Positions 9,745 to 20,834 of a stretch of DNA of 52,695 nucleotides are shown one piece after another. Position 1 is the stretch's first letter, and every line of letters starts with the position of its first letter. The translations under genes and the position numbers were made by a program. The DNA comes from Candidatus Heimdallarchaeota archaeon (lineage in GTDB: Archaea > Asgardarchaeota > Heimdallarchaeia > JABLTI01): NCBI GenBank assembly GCA_019056785.1, contig DXJV01000091.1, positions 1 to 52,695 of the forward strand. Reading direction: 5' to 3'. The notes beneath the pieces are model-generated. The model was not told the DNA's origin. It did no database searches and was given only the letters and a program-made list of their open reading frames with translations.

Positions 9745-10648
9745 TTACTCGAGTAATTTTTCTTTAATTTTCTCAACAAGTGCCACACTTTTTGCAGAAC
9801 CATCGGTGATATACTCTATGTCTTTTGGGTCGTTAATCCCTAGGCCAAGTTCAACGGCTCGTGCGATTTGTTCTTGCTCAAAAATCGGCCCTTTCATCAC
9901 TTCTGGTGTTGTTCCTAAAATTCGCAAGATTGCAACTCCTGTAGCATCAATTGCTATTTTATCAGTACCGGCCACAAAGACATTTGCTTCTTTTATTGTT
10001 CCTTCCATAGGACCGCCGTCTACAAAAGTTAAAATACCATCCATAATGATCAGGTCCCATTTATACGCGGAATTTATTTCAGCAATCATTTTTCGTTAAT
10101 GTGGTGATGAATGCAACTCTCGCATATATTCGTATCCATCTCGTGGGACAAGCGCCGTAGCATTTTTTAATGAAAGAGTGAAATGCCCGCCATACATGTG
10201 CGTCTTTAAGCAACATGTTTCTACAACACATTCAGCTTCCCTATAGATCTTCGCAAATAAGAAACCATCCTTCCAATGGCTCCCCTCAGGGGTAATTTTA
10301 ACATACGCATCTTTTGGCAAAGTGGAGAGGTCTATGATTTCAAAATCAAGTTCTTTTGCAAGGTTGTAAATGCCTTTTTTCTTAAAAGTCTCGGCAGTTT
10401 TGGCAGGGCCACTTCTTTCTGCTAAAAACAATTGCTTTTGCACCCATTTCTTTTAACTTGCTAATTATTTGCCAGATAGTTTCGATATGTGATGATACTG
10501 GTGGAGGGTCAGCTGTGTTGAAATTTGGTTTAAAGATAACCTTTTTCCCTTTCATAGAATTAATGCCCAACAATTCTATAGATTTCTTTACACCATAAAC
10601 GCGGTCATTTATTGAAATAACAACTACTCTAGTCATTTTTGTCACCAA
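9745..10648 (-). pseudogene. DUF362 family (Fe-S-associated) protein, disrupted
   Basis: KPNFN, CLKTH...FTLSLKN and IMDG motifs are spread over three ORFs. One extra base in the A5 run at 10424-10428 (removing it restores AIVLAERSG), and an in-frame TAA at 10096-10098 in LHSSPH*RKMIAEIN (probably CAA>TAA). Confidence 0.8.
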
Positions 10649-10799
10649 GAAGTCTGTAGCTTAAAATACTGTCAGTATATTATAAATTTTTATTAAATTC
10701 GAGTCTTATTCTTATGAGTGTGAGGATTTCTACAACAAACTATTTATTGCTTAAAACTGCTATAATAGTACTAAAGCTTTGTAGCTTTGAAGAAGTGAT

Positions 10800-11609
10800 T
10801 TGATGAAAAAAATTTTTATGAGAATCATTTTTGGTACTCTTCTTTTGGGTCTTTTCTTTTCCTCCATAACTATTTCTGCTATAAATAATGTTGGCCCTCT
10901 ATACACTTGCCCTGCAAATCCGGATCCAATTGTTGACGGTACGATAGATAAAATTGTTGAATGGAAGGCAGGAGTGCCTTTAACAGTGGTGCTGTTTGAT
11001 CTAACCAATCAAGCTAATAAAATTGTTATTGAGATTATGTCAGTGTACGGCAATAATTATATTCTCTATTGGGCTGTAACTATTCCCGATACGGCTATTA
11101 ATCCCAAGGATTATTTCTTCATTGTTATTCGTACGCATGAAGTGAACCCCATTGTCGTGGACCCCACGCCTAATGGGAAATTTGGCGCTGAACATGATAT
11201 TAAATTCATATGGCTATATAATAACGATACAATGGATGCCTTTACTTCCGGTGTGGCTTTCACTTGGAAAGATGACATTAGTAATCTCGGAACGAATGAT
11301 TGCGTCGGGAAAGCACGAAATAATCGAACACATACTACCATCGAAATGAGTACGCCATTCAATTCCGGTGATGCAAATGGTTATGATTTCAATACTTATG
11401 TGAATGGCACAATTGATATTTTCTTATGGTATCATGATGAAGATAACCATGTGGATTATACCCAAATTAGAGAATCAGATGTTGATTGGGATTATATTGA
11501 ACAAAAAATTCAATGTACTAAAACATCACCAATTTCCATTTATGCAATTTTCTTAAGCCTTCTTTCCACGGCAGTTTTTGTAATTCTGGTACGTAAGAGA
11601 AAAAGATGA
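10800..11609 (+). CDS. Secreted DOMON/CBM9-like protein with C-terminal TM anchor
   Basis: Signal peptide, PIVDGTID..EW motif, and C-terminal ISIYAIFLSLLSTAVFVILV-RKRKR. Confidence 0.7.
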   Translation: MMKKIFMRIIFGTLLLGLFFSSITISAINNVGPLYTCPANPDPIVDGTIDKIVEWKAGVPLTVVLFDLTNQANKIVIEIMSVYGNNYILYWAVTIPDTAINPKDYFFIVIRTHEVNPIVVDPTPNGKFGAEHDIKFIWLYNNDTMDAFTSGVAFTWKDDISNLGTNDCVGKARNNRTHTTIEMSTPFNSGDANGYDFNTYVNGTIDIFLWYHDEDNHVDYTQIRESDVDWDYIEQKIQCTKTSPISIYAIFLSLLSTAVFVILVRKRKR

Positions 11610-11634
11610 CTTTTTTTCTCTTTCCTTTTTTTTC
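11610..11634 (+). terminator. T-rich tract between convergent genes
   Basis: ctttttttctctttccttttttttc directly after the stop; oligo-T tracts terminate transcription in archaea. Confidence 0.4.
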
Positions 11635-13080
11635 TCAAGTCTCGATTTTTTCTTCTTGAATTAGTACGTCTGATTGTTCGAAAGTATTTGTCAGATTTTC
11701 CTCAACCTCAGCTAATTCAAGGGATGGTCCATTCTCAACTTTACGTTCTCTTTCCAAAGCTTCTCTTTCTTTTCCAACGAGAGGTATTAAAAGGATAATT
11801 GGAACTAAGCCAAGAATGTAAATAAAGGTCGTTATTGAAAAGCAGAGATTATAGTTATTGTCACCAACTAAGAACCCTCCAACAAGAGCTGAGACATTCC
11901 AAAACAGCCCCCAAGCAATCGCTTCGATTGAATTCCATTTTCCTCGATTGTGTTTTGGAATGATATCCATCAAAATTGACCTGCTTAAAGGTTGAGCTGC
12001 ATTCATAAACGACCCTCGGATAATGAAAATCGGTATTAATACCCCTAAAGGTGGATAAATAGCAATAACAAGTAAAGAAGCTGTTGCCAAGTATTGTGCT
12101 AGAAAAATCGTTTGCACACGACCAATTTTCAACGAAGCTTTTTGTGACGCTACTGCCAATAGGCCGGTTGCAAGAGAGGTTCCCCCCATAATCCCTTGAA
12201 TGGCTATCGGTGAAATGAGGTAAATGTCCTTAAAGAAAATGGGGAAATATTTGATAGTCATCCCCGCACCAATACCAATAATAACATTACCAGTAATTAA
12301 TAAATAAGGAATCAATTTAGCAGCTTTTTTCGAATCCAACTGAGTAAGGCGCCCAAGTTTTATTTCTTGATTGACAGCAGCAACCTCTTCAGCTATAGCT
12401 TCACTTTCTTTTCCCAAAGCACGATCATCTTTGAATAAAAAGAGAAGGATAATAGAGACAAAACTGAGAGCAAAGCCGATCCCCATCACTTTCCGGAGGA
12501 CAGAGAGATTGTAATTATTCCCAATAATGGCAAAAAGTCCGATATTAAGAAAAGGGCCTATCGCCATTGCAACTTCTCGAATGAGATGTGCCCAAGAATA
12601 GATTTTAGAGCGATAACCTGATTCAACTGAATCCGCGAAAATGGACTCAAGGGTGGGTCTAACAAAGGCATTAAATAACCCCCAAAGAAGCATCGAAACC
12701 AAAATAAAAACAATTGACTTCCCGAGAATTAAGAATAACAAACCGGCAACGCCAATAAATGTTGAAAGGCGCAAAATACTATCTCGTCGAAACTTGTCAG
12801 CAAAATATCCTGCCGGAAAGACGAATAAAGTCATGGTGATTCCTGACGCTGCAGAGGTTATACCTAAAATCTCATTTTCTGACAGCCCAAAAAAATCGCT
12901 ACCACTAGCAAAAATGTTAATGTACAAACTAAGAACAGACCCCATCCACATGCTCCTGCTTAAGGAACTTATTGCATAAAAGCTAAAAGTTAATTTTACA
13001 TTATAATTCATCGAACGAATTACTTCTTTCACGGTGATCCTCGAGTTCATTTTTTGGGTCATAGAGGCACGCCAATTCAA
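11635..13080 (-). CDS. MFS transporter
   Basis: About 12 TM; motif A GYFADKFRRD and second-half KIGRV. True start probably slightly downstream. Confidence 0.9.
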   Translation of the reverse strand: MNWRASMTQKMNSRITVKEVIRSMNYNVKLTFSFYAISSLSRSMWMGSVLSLYINIFASGSDFFGLSENEILGITSAASGITMTLFVFPAGYFADKFRRDSILRLSTFIGVAGLLFLILGKSIVFILVSMLLWGLFNAFVRPTLESIFADSVESGYRSKIYSWAHLIREVAMAIGPFLNIGLFAIIGNNYNLSVLRKVMGIGFALSFVSIILLFLFKDDRALGKESEAIAEEVAAVNQEIKLGRLTQLDSKKAAKLIPYLLITGNVIIGIGAGMTIKYFPIFFKDIYLISPIAIQGIMGGTSLATGLLAVASQKASLKIGRVQTIFLAQYLATASLLVIAIYPPLGVLIPIFIIRGSFMNAAQPLSRSILMDIIPKHNRGKWNSIEAIAWGLFWNVSALVGGFLVGDNNYNLCFSITTFIYILGLVPIILLIPLVGKEREALERERKVENGPSLELAEVEENLTNTFEQSDVLIQEEKIET

Positions 13081-13358
13081 TTTGTATTGAACGATAAAGT
13101 TTGATTAAATGTTTTTAAAATATAGGGAAACTATTAAAATTTACTGCTTGCGGATTTTAAATTTCTTCTAGTGAAAAATCATTATTCATTGCTTTACAAT
13201 TAATCGTCTGAAATGAGGGAATATATTTTGAAAGGAGCAGACTTTTTTACAAGAATCTCCTTTTTATAGTAAATACGTAAAAAACATGAATTTCATGAAA
13301 ACAAGAGTAGCTTTTAAAAAGAGGAAAAATAACACCAATCCTATTAGGGTGAAATTAA

Positions 13359-13901
13359 TTGACATTAAAATGCATGTGCCTTGTAAGCTTTGATGAAAAC
13401 AAAAAACCCCTCACAGCTTTTGTTTATCCCCATGTTCTCAATCCTTCTCTTATTAGAAAAATCACTTTAAATTGTTTTCCGGCATCTCTCACAGGCACCC
13501 ACTATTTTCACACATCCAAGTATAAGCGGTTTCACCTCTCCAGTTTCTTTTTTCTTGCACCTGTAGAGGAAACCATCCGAACATGTGCAATAATTGCCAT
13601 TTATGATAAACCTATTTCCTCAACGATTGATCAGCAAGAAATCCTTCAAAGAGCTGTTAACGATCTTCTCCACAAAAACAAAGATGAGAGTTGTAAATAT
13701 ACTGAAATTCTTCCGAAAATTTACAAAAGTTTGAAAATGGACCAGGTAACTACCAAAGTTTCCGGAAGCGTAACTATTGAGATTAGCACAGAACGCCCTA
13801 AGAAAAAACAAAAAGATGAAATGGCTATTTTTAAGGATGTTTGGATAGAGAAAGAGGAAAGTAAAAAAGAAGAAGAAAACAACCAAGAATCTCTCTCTTA
13901 A
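13359..13901 (+). CDS. Stand-alone longin/uDENN-like protein with charged tail
   Basis: N-terminal CLVSFDENKKPLTAFVYP resembles the hhhxFDxxxGPxxxxxYP start of uDENN/longin domains. Confidence 0.55.
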   Translation: MTLKCMCLVSFDENKKPLTAFVYPHVLNPSLIRKITLNCFPASLTGTHYFHTSKYKRFHLSSFFFLAPVEETIRTCAIIAIYDKPISSTIDQQEILQRAVNDLLHKNKDESCKYTEILPKIYKSLKMDQVTTKVSGSVTIEISTERPKKKQKDEMAIFKDVWIEKEESKKEEENNQESLS

Positions 13902-13994
13902 GTAAAATTGTTTTTCTAGTATAAAAAACCACTTAAAAATCAATGAACAATCTTTTTATTCTTCTAATTATATTTTTTTTCAATAATTGGTGGG

Positions 13995-15002
13995 ATGATT
14001 TATCGAATGGCTTTTGAAAAATATATAATTACCGGGAAAAAATCAAACGATGAGCCAATCTCATTTACAGTACGGGGAAACGAGTATGTGCTTCAATTAA
14101 GTGAAAAGGACTTGAAAGAAATTGTTTTAAGCGTGCTTGCAAATGTTAAGAAGCTCATGCATTTGGAACTAAATAAAAACAGCTTGACTGAAATAGATCT
14201 TTCTCCTCTCACTGATTTAACAAATCTTAATGCACTCATACTCAGTAACAACCAACTAGCAGCAATCGATCTTACTAATTTGCAAAATTGTAACAAGTTA
14301 ACATTATTACATTTAACCAACAATAATATCCGAGAACTTGACCTTTCTCCCCTTCAAAATTTTCCAAACCTTGAAACTTTATCTATTGGGGGTAACCCTT
14401 TAACAAAGATTGATTTATCACCTTTAACAGCATGTACTAAACTTCAGAATTTATATTTGGACAATTGTCAAATTGAAAGCATAGATTTAACGCCATTAAG
14501 TGGTCTGACAAATTTACAAACTTTACACCTTTCAGGAAATCGGTTAACTAAGGTTGATTTATCACCATTAAGTAGCCTTACGAAGTTGCAATACTTCTTT
14601 CTTTCGGGGAACCAGTTAACTGAGGTTGATTTATCGCCTTTAGCTTCTTGGACCAACCTTGAAAGATTGGAACTGAACAAGAATAGCCTGAAAAAACTAG
14701 ACCTTTCACCGTTAGCTCACTGTAAAAACCTGCGAATGTTGATTCTCGAGAACAATCAGCTTTCTGAGCTTGATCTTTCACCTCTCAAAGAAAACAAAAA
14801 AATCACAACGGTAACTCTTACCAACAATAAACTGAAGCAAATCGATGTTACACCTATGCTAAATTGGCCAGAATTCCTTCTGTTAAAAGTTGATGAGAAA
14901 GTTGTTCCCCTTATCACTTCCGTAGACTTTCCTAAAAAGAAAAAACTCCCCAAAGGCTTGCAGAATTACTATAAAAAACTGAAGCATATAACTAAGGCTT
15001 GA
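13995..15002 (+). CDS. Leucine-rich repeat protein
   Basis: About 10-11 tandem 22-aa units, IDLSPLxxLxNLxxLxLxxNxL. No signal peptide. Confidence 0.95.
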   Translation: MIYRMAFEKYIITGKKSNDEPISFTVRGNEYVLQLSEKDLKEIVLSVLANVKKLMHLELNKNSLTEIDLSPLTDLTNLNALILSNNQLAAIDLTNLQNCNKLTLLHLTNNNIRELDLSPLQNFPNLETLSIGGNPLTKIDLSPLTACTKLQNLYLDNCQIESIDLTPLSGLTNLQTLHLSGNRLTKVDLSPLSSLTKLQYFFLSGNQLTEVDLSPLASWTNLERLELNKNSLKKLDLSPLAHCKNLRMLILENNQLSELDLSPLKENKKITTVTLTNNKLKQIDVTPMLNWPEFLLLKVDEKVVPLITSVDFPKKKKLPKGLQNYYKKLKHITKA

Positions 15003-15132
15003 TTGGTTCCTTATGCTATCTTTTTTTTGTTATTTTTTTTAAGATGATTTTTTTATTTAAAGTGTACATCACTCTTTCTTACATATAACAAAAAAATTAA
15101 TAAGGATTTTAGAACTTACAAAACTGATTGAA

Positions 15133-15946
15133 ATGGTGACTTCTGAAAAGGGATTTCGGGCTTATAATGTTGTTAGTGTGCAGGTTGAGCGAGGGTTATC
15201 CCTTTTTGGTGTAGGCCTTTTTATTTTCGGTATTAATTTTCTTCTGAAAATCATTTCTGATGCGATTGCTGTTTCCTTTCTTTTATCGGAAATCTTTGAA
15301 AGGCCTTTGGTTGGGTTTGAAGAGATTATTTTTCAAATAGGTTTTAGTTACTTAGAACCTTTGATAGGTTTAACCGGGAGCATTATTGCTATTACTGGCT
15401 TATCGATACTAACCGGTCAATTACAAGGCCAACACCTCTTGCCTTTTTTACGGTTGAAAAAGTTGTTTATTATCAGTATTGTCCTTGAAGTTGTTTTAAC
15501 GCTCTCTACGCCCACCCTATTTTTATTCTTGTTGTTTAATGTAAATGCTCAATCCTTACGAATTATTTTTGTTATTTTTGAAGTTCTCGAGTTACGGTCA
15601 GTATATTCTTTTTCTCTTTTTGTTTATTTTTCTTTATCAGGCCATGCTCACTATTGATAAAATTTCTAATTCAGACCTTACTTCGAAAAAAGGTTTTATT
15701 GCTATTTTCGTTCTCACCGGCATTCAAATTGTCCTTTATGCTATTAGCGTTTTAAATCGCTTGTCTGAATTACAACTCTTTTTAGGTGTTGCTATTAGTA
15801 TCTCTTACTTGATTAGTACCATTTATCAAGTAGTTTTCAACTTAATTTTAAGCATTTATTTTATGAGTTATGCTAATTGGTTCCGTAATGTGCTTCTCTT
15901 TCCTAATATTCTTCATTTACCTCCTGATCCGAGTGTGAAGGAATAA
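15133..15946 (+). pseudogene. Polytopic membrane protein split by a frameshift
   Basis: Two overlapping hydrophobic ORFs (15133-15657 and 15545-15946) that join into one ~270-aa protein with a shift near 15570-15590. Confidence 0.55.
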
Positions 15947-15987
15947 CTCCTGGCAACATATTATCGTAGCGAGATGATTTTTTATTC

Positions 15988-16716
15988 TTACTCCATTGGT
16001 TCTTCTTTAAACAGCTGCATTTCTTTCCTGTAATTTATTAGTAGGGTAAAATAGTAAATTAGCCAGATGAAATACATTATTGCCCCAAGAGACGCGGCGA
16101 AACTCAGAACATAGCCGGCTGTGTTTTCCAAGAAATAACCTATTTTTCCCAGGGCTAAAACACCTGTTAAAATCCCTAGCCATGAAATGTTTGGCTTCAC
16201 TGCATTGGTTTTTATTGTAAGGATACTGGTCATCCCTGCACCTAAAGTATAAACCAAGATATAAACTATAACTGAAAGAATATCAGAAATCCTAGTAAGA
16301 GAGAGGAAGTAGTTCAGAATTGGTTCTTTATTCGTTGCTGCCATATAGTTTGTTGCTACAGAAAAGATGAGGTAGAATTTCAAACTATAAAGGCCAACAA
16401 CTAAAAGAGCACCTATGATTGTAGCAATCAATGGGAAGAAGAGAAGGGGTTTGATCTTTCCGCCAATTTCTTCTCGCAAAAAAAAGAATATGCCTAAAAA
16501 AGCTGGGAAAAGGGTGACTCCCATGAACAAATTAATCATTGTTTCTGCAGAATGGATCCAACGATTGGTTGCAAAACTGATCAATACTTCTTCGTAAGAT
16601 GTCAACTGATACCGGTAGCTCAGAATATAGCTCAAAATGATAGTTAATATTGAGCAAAGAACAACTGCACCTATTGAAATAATGCTTAGAATAGTTATTT
16701 TTCGTTTGAAAGTCAC
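15988..16716 (-). CDS. Hypothetical ~6-TM membrane protein (DUF4386-like)
   Basis: About six hydrophobic segments; family call is tentative. Confidence 0.65.
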   Translation of the reverse strand: MTFKRKITILSIISIGAVVLCSILTIILSYILSYRYQLTSYEEVLISFATNRWIHSAETMINLFMGVTLFPAFLGIFFFLREEIGGKIKPLLFFPLIATIIGALLVVGLYSLKFYLIFSVATNYMAATNKEPILNYFLSLTRISDILSVIVYILVYTLGAGMTSILTIKTNAVKPNISWLGILTGVLALGKIGYFLENTAGYVLSFAASLGAIMYFIWLIYYFTLLINYRKEMQLFKEEPME

Positions 16717-16941
16717 GCGAACCAGTCCTCAAATATTGCCATTATTATTTTCTTTTCCTTTATTAATCTCTTGTTTTTTCTTTACAATTCGAACAATTAA
16801 GTGGTTCGTGAAAGGCGATATATTCCTTTTACCAAATAATTCTTTCTCGGAACCTTTTTTAAAGAAACCCTTTTAAAAATCGTAAAAAATTAATTAACTA
16901 AGAATTCTTTTACCACAAGAAAAACAACGCGAGGGTAAAAT

Positions 16942-17928
16942 TTGAAAGCAACAGCCTTAGCCCATTCGAATACAGCGCTAATCAAATATTTGGGGAAAAA
17001 GGATGAACAATTAATCATCCCTATGAATAATAGTATATCTATTACCATAGATGCACTAAGTACAATAACCACAGTTGAATTTTCCCCTCAATACACAGAG
17101 GATGTCTTTATTCTCAACGATAAAAAAGCAACTGGACAAGCTTATCAGAGAGTAGTAAAACATCTTGACTTACTCCGGCAAGAAGCACAGAGGAAACTTA
17201 AAGCGAAGGTTGTTTCAAAGAATAATTTTCCAACAGCTATGGGGCTTGCCTCTTCTGCGTCAGGTTTTGCGGCTCTAACAGTGGCAGCTTGTGCTGCTTT
17301 AGGTTTGAAAAAAACCCCTCAAGAGCTTTCAATGCTATCCCGGCAGGGCTCCGGTTCTTCTTGCAGGTCGATTTTTGGTGGTTTTGTTGAATGGGTTAAA
17401 GATGATGGCACAGGCAAGTCTTACGCCATTCAATTAGCCGATGAGGATTGGTGGGACTTGCGAGATATTGTACTTATCCTCGAGGAGAAGGAACAACGTC
17501 AATATAGCACTCGTGAAGCAATGCGACTCTCAATGAAAACCAGCCCATTTTTTGCTGCTCGTTTGGCCGCCACTGAAAGTAATCTCGACAAAATGCGGCG
17601 AGCAATTAAAAAGCGAGATTTTACGTTATTGGGGACTGTTGCTGAACATGACTGCTTATTGATGCATGCTGTTGCTTTAACTTCTAATCCTTGGCAACTC
17701 TTTTGGACAAGTGCGACAGTTAAAATGATGAAGCTTGTTCCACAACTACGTGAGAAAGGGCTCCCGTGTTATTTCACAATCGATTCTGGAGCAAATATGC
17801 ACCTCTTGACTCTTCCGGAGCATCAAGAAAGCATTTTAGCTGAGCTTGAAAAGCATCATTTCATAAAAAAGATTGTTTGTGCCCGTCTAGCAGGAGGAGC
17901 AACGATTATTTCTGACCACCTCTTTTAA
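16942..17928 (+). CDS. mvaD: Diphosphomevalonate decarboxylase (GHMP family)
   Basis: NTALIKYLGK, PMNNSISIT, NNFPTAMGLASSASGFAAL, RQGSGSSCRSIFGGFVEW, FTIDSGAN. Confidence 0.9.
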   Translation: MKATALAHSNTALIKYLGKKDEQLIIPMNNSISITIDALSTITTVEFSPQYTEDVFILNDKKATGQAYQRVVKHLDLLRQEAQRKLKAKVVSKNNFPTAMGLASSASGFAALTVAACAALGLKKTPQELSMLSRQGSGSSCRSIFGGFVEWVKDDGTGKSYAIQLADEDWWDLRDIVLILEEKEQRQYSTREAMRLSMKTSPFFAARLAATESNLDKMRRAIKKRDFTLLGTVAEHDCLLMHAVALTSNPWQLFWTSATVKMMKLVPQLREKGLPCYFTIDSGANMHLLTLPEHQESILAELEKHHFIKKIVCARLAGGATIISDHLF

Positions 17929-17960
17929 GATGTGTCTTAAGGGTCCACACAAAAAATGTT

Positions 17961-19466
17961 TTACTGTTCCTTAGTGAAAAAGGCAAGATTTACTGAAATT
18001 TTATTGCTCATACCATAAGCTTCTTTCTTAACTAAGCCTTTAACTACCAGACGATTTACACAGCGAGAAATGGTTGATTTCGATAATTGTGTTCGACGGC
18101 AGATTTCTGCTTGACTTATTCCATTACTTTTGCATATTTCTTCAAAAATAAGAAATTCTTTTCGAGTGAGAATTTCTCTCCATTTCGAGAGGTCAATTTC
18201 CTCCAAAGTTCTTGTGGTGTTCTCTGGCTTTGCCTGTTCCTTGCTCTTTATCTTAGAAGTTTTACTTGCAATCTTTCCTTTTTTAGTTAAAATAGTTAGA
18301 GTGATTATTGCTGCCATTAAAATAAATGTCCCGAATGTTATAAGAAGAAGGACTTTTACATCAAATTGCGGGACGATCTGCCCTGTCACTTTAATTGTAA
18401 CAGGATCAGCATTTAAAGTACTTTGGAGGGTTATATTACCTTTGATTTCGCCGATTGTTTTCGGATGAATGACTGCTTTGAAGTAAAGCTGTTCTCCAAC
18501 GGCAAGAGACCAATGACTGATATTCAATTCGATCCAGTCGGGGGCAGAAATGCTTCCTTCGAGAAAAGAATTTTCATTATTTACTATTTGAAACACTTGC
18601 TCAATCACCATATTTCGACGTATTGTCCCCAAAGACCATGTTGACGGTGTAATAATTAAGTTATCTAAAGTAATTGGTGCGGAAAAATCAATTTTTACAG
18701 AAAAACTCAGTCTGTTCACCTCAAACCACGAAAGAATTAAACGGTCGCCTATCGAAGAGATCACATGTGGTTTTGGCATAGAATTAATAAGTGAAAGCCC
18801 CTTATCAAAAATCACTCTTGCTTTTTGAGAACCTATGCGCCTTAACCAATCGACTCCTAATTCATAATAAAACAGTGTATCTACCTGTGTTGTTTCCTGA
18901 ATGAAATTGATGCGAACATTTCGACTGAATCCTATGGGGATGGGTTTTGTAAGTGCGAATTGAATTTTTGTGCTTCCATTCAAGTCTATTTCTGTATGTT
19001 GAAGAGTATAATTATTTGCTTCGATAATTGTCACCTCTCGAACCGCTCCTGCAACAATAATTGACTCGAGGGTAGTGTTCTCACTTTCTCGCTCTTCCTT
19101 AGAAGTGAAAAGGGAATTATTCGTAGTATTTGTTCCAACAAATTCGATATTTATTTGGATATGAGCTGTTTTTCGATGAAGAAAACAAATAATTTCTCCT
19201 GTGGAAATATCATTCTGGTTTTCAATTCGAGAATCATTAGAAGCCAATACTGGTCTAAATGACTGAGAGAAGAGATTCTCATGTTTTTGATAAGGAGAGG
19301 AAGAAAGATATGGTTCAATACTAGCTTGGGAATTTCCCATCTGAAAAGCATTCTGATAATTAAGGGTAGAGAATAATGATGTAAAAAGAAACACCCCAAG
19401 TAAGAATACGGCGGGCATCCATAGCAATCGTCGTTGACTCATAGTTTTTTCTCCATGTCGTGACAT
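17961..19466 (-). CDS. Membrane-anchored transcriptional regulator (ectodomain, TM, C-terminal MarR-like winged HTH)
   Basis: Signal/TM at the N-terminus, beta-rich ectodomain, TM VLLLITFGTFILMAAIITLTIL, then GISQAEICRRTQLSKSTISRCVNRLVVKGLV. Confidence 0.8.
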   Translation of the reverse strand: MSRHGEKTMSQRRLLWMPAVFLLGVFLFTSLFSTLNYQNAFQMGNSQASIEPYLSSSPYQKHENLFSQSFRPVLASNDSRIENQNDISTGEIICFLHRKTAHIQINIEFVGTNTTNNSLFTSKEERESENTTLESIIVAGAVREVTIIEANNYTLQHTEIDLNGSTKIQFALTKPIPIGFSRNVRINFIQETTQVDTLFYYELGVDWLRRIGSQKARVIFDKGLSLINSMPKPHVISSIGDRLILSWFEVNRLSFSVKIDFSAPITLDNLIITPSTWSLGTIRRNMVIEQVFQIVNNENSFLEGSISAPDWIELNISHWSLAVGEQLYFKAVIHPKTIGEIKGNITLQSTLNADPVTIKVTGQIVPQFDVKVLLLITFGTFILMAAIITLTILTKKGKIASKTSKIKSKEQAKPENTTRTLEEIDLSKWREILTRKEFLIFEEICKSNGISQAEICRRTQLSKSTISRCVNRLVVKGLVKKEAYGMSNKISVNLAFFTKEQ

Positions 19467-19540
19467 TTAAATAAACAATCACAAATATTTATTATAATTT
19501 GTCAAGTTCTTGCTTACTTGATAAATTCTGTAGATAAAAG

Positions 19541-19585
19541 ATAAGAGTTGAACTGCAGTCATCTTGACTTACAGTTCAACCTTAT
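19541..19585. terminator. Stem-loop downstream of the PepSY-repeat gene
   Basis: gttgaactg (19547-19555) pairs with cagttcaac (19572-19580), with inner agtca/tgact and outer ataag/cttat. Confidence 0.55.
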
Positions 19586-19615
19586 TTATGCTTGTTTTTG
19601 GGAAAGGTTGTAGGA

Positions 19616-20755
19616 TTAACTGTCAGTGAGGATCTCAAAGTAAGTTACTTCGCCGGTTGCATCATTTATCTCCACGAATGCAGAATTCATCCAGTTATTG
19701 TTGTCCCAGAAATTAACATACCAGTTGCCTGTAAAGGGATCAAACCAAACTGACGTTTCATAACTTGTTAAGCTTGCTAAGAATGTTTGAATCTCCGGGA
19801 TTGCTTCTGCTATGGCTAAAACTTCCTCTGCCGTTAAAGTTGGTTCCAAGGTTTGTTCGATTGCTAACACTTCACCTGTGGTGTCATCAATAGTTACTCC
19901 GAGCCATTTGCACCAATAAGAGTCGTTGTCCCAGGCCCAAAAGTCGACGTACCAAAGGCTTTCATTTACACCAAAGAAGACATCAAATGAGTCATCAAAG
20001 ATTTCAGTAAAGTTTTCAAGATCAATCGACTCGTCCCAATAAGTTGAGCTCATATAAGTGACCGTCATTTCGTAATCGGGGTTCTCTGCAATCCAGGCTT
20101 GGACTTCCGGCAACGCTTCTACAATGGCGACTATCTCGTCTTTTGTATGTGTTGCACCAGCATATGGATAATAGATATCATAATAGTCTACTGAACCATC
20201 TTTATCGGAAATAACTACCCATGCCCAGCTTTCAGACGCGTAGTAGTCTACAAACCAGTATTCATAGCCATCGAACCACACAAACGTTTCCATGTCTGTT
20301 TGCTCGTCCAACCAAGCAGCAATCTCTGGGATTGCACCGGCAATCGAGAGTATCTCACTTTCAGTATAGTTTGGTTCAACTTGTTCGAATACTTCGTAGT
20401 AAAGAACTTCACCTGTAGTGGCATCAATTTCTACGTAAGCATAGTTAAATCCGTAGTAAAAAGTATCGTCAAAATCAAATGACATCGTAATGAATTCGAC
20501 AACCCAAAAACTATCATAGAAGTAAGCATCGATAGTGGTATTTGGGTGATTTTCCAGAAATGTTGCCACCTCAGGAATGGCGCTGGCAATGGCAATTGCT
20601 TCTTGTTCATCGATCGTCTCTGCTGTAGTGTATCCATCTTGATCTTTAACCGTTAAAGTTCCTGCTAAAGATGCAGAACCAATTAAAAGAGAGCCAAAGA
20701 TAAGCATTCCGATGAGAAGTATTTTCCCTCGTTTTGATAGTAGCGTTTTTTTCAT
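19616..20755 (-). CDS. Secreted acidic protein with four PepSY-like repeats
   Basis: Signal peptide and four ~75-aa units, EAIAIAxxIPE(V/I)...W(Y/F)VxF...VxIDxxTGEV. Confidence 0.75.
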   Translation of the reverse strand: MKKTLLSKRGKILLIGMLIFGSLLIGSASLAGTLTVKDQDGYTTAETIDEQEAIAIASAIPEVATFLENHPNTTIDAYFYDSFWVVEFITMSFDFDDTFYYGFNYAYVEIDATTGEVLYYEVFEQVEPNYTESEILSIAGAIPEIAAWLDEQTDMETFVWFDGYEYWFVDYYASESWAWVVISDKDGSVDYYDIYYPYAGATHTKDEIVAIVEALPEVQAWIAENPDYEMTVTYMSSTYWDESIDLENFTEIFDDSFDVFFGVNESLWYVDFWAWDNDSYWCKWLGVTIDDTTGEVLAIEQTLEPTLTAEEVLAIAEAIPEIQTFLASLTSYETSVWFDPFTGNWYVNFWDNNNWMNSAFVEINDATGEVTYFEILTDS

Positions 20756-20834
20756 TGCTTCAACTCCAAGTTTCTATGTTTTGTACATTTGAATAGTAAC
20801 TATAATTCCCATGAAACAACCTAAAAACCTAGTG

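Noticed and set aside
14150-14860. 66-bp periodic nucleotide repeats (gatttatcacc...) resembling an array
   Set aside because: Explained by the 22-aa LRR coding repeats; no invariant repeat-spacer structure, so not CRISPR.
13995-15002. LRR protein as a RanGAP-like GTPase regulator
   Set aside because: Repeats are 22-aa bacterial/SDS22-like rather than 28-aa RI-like; proximity alone is not evidence.
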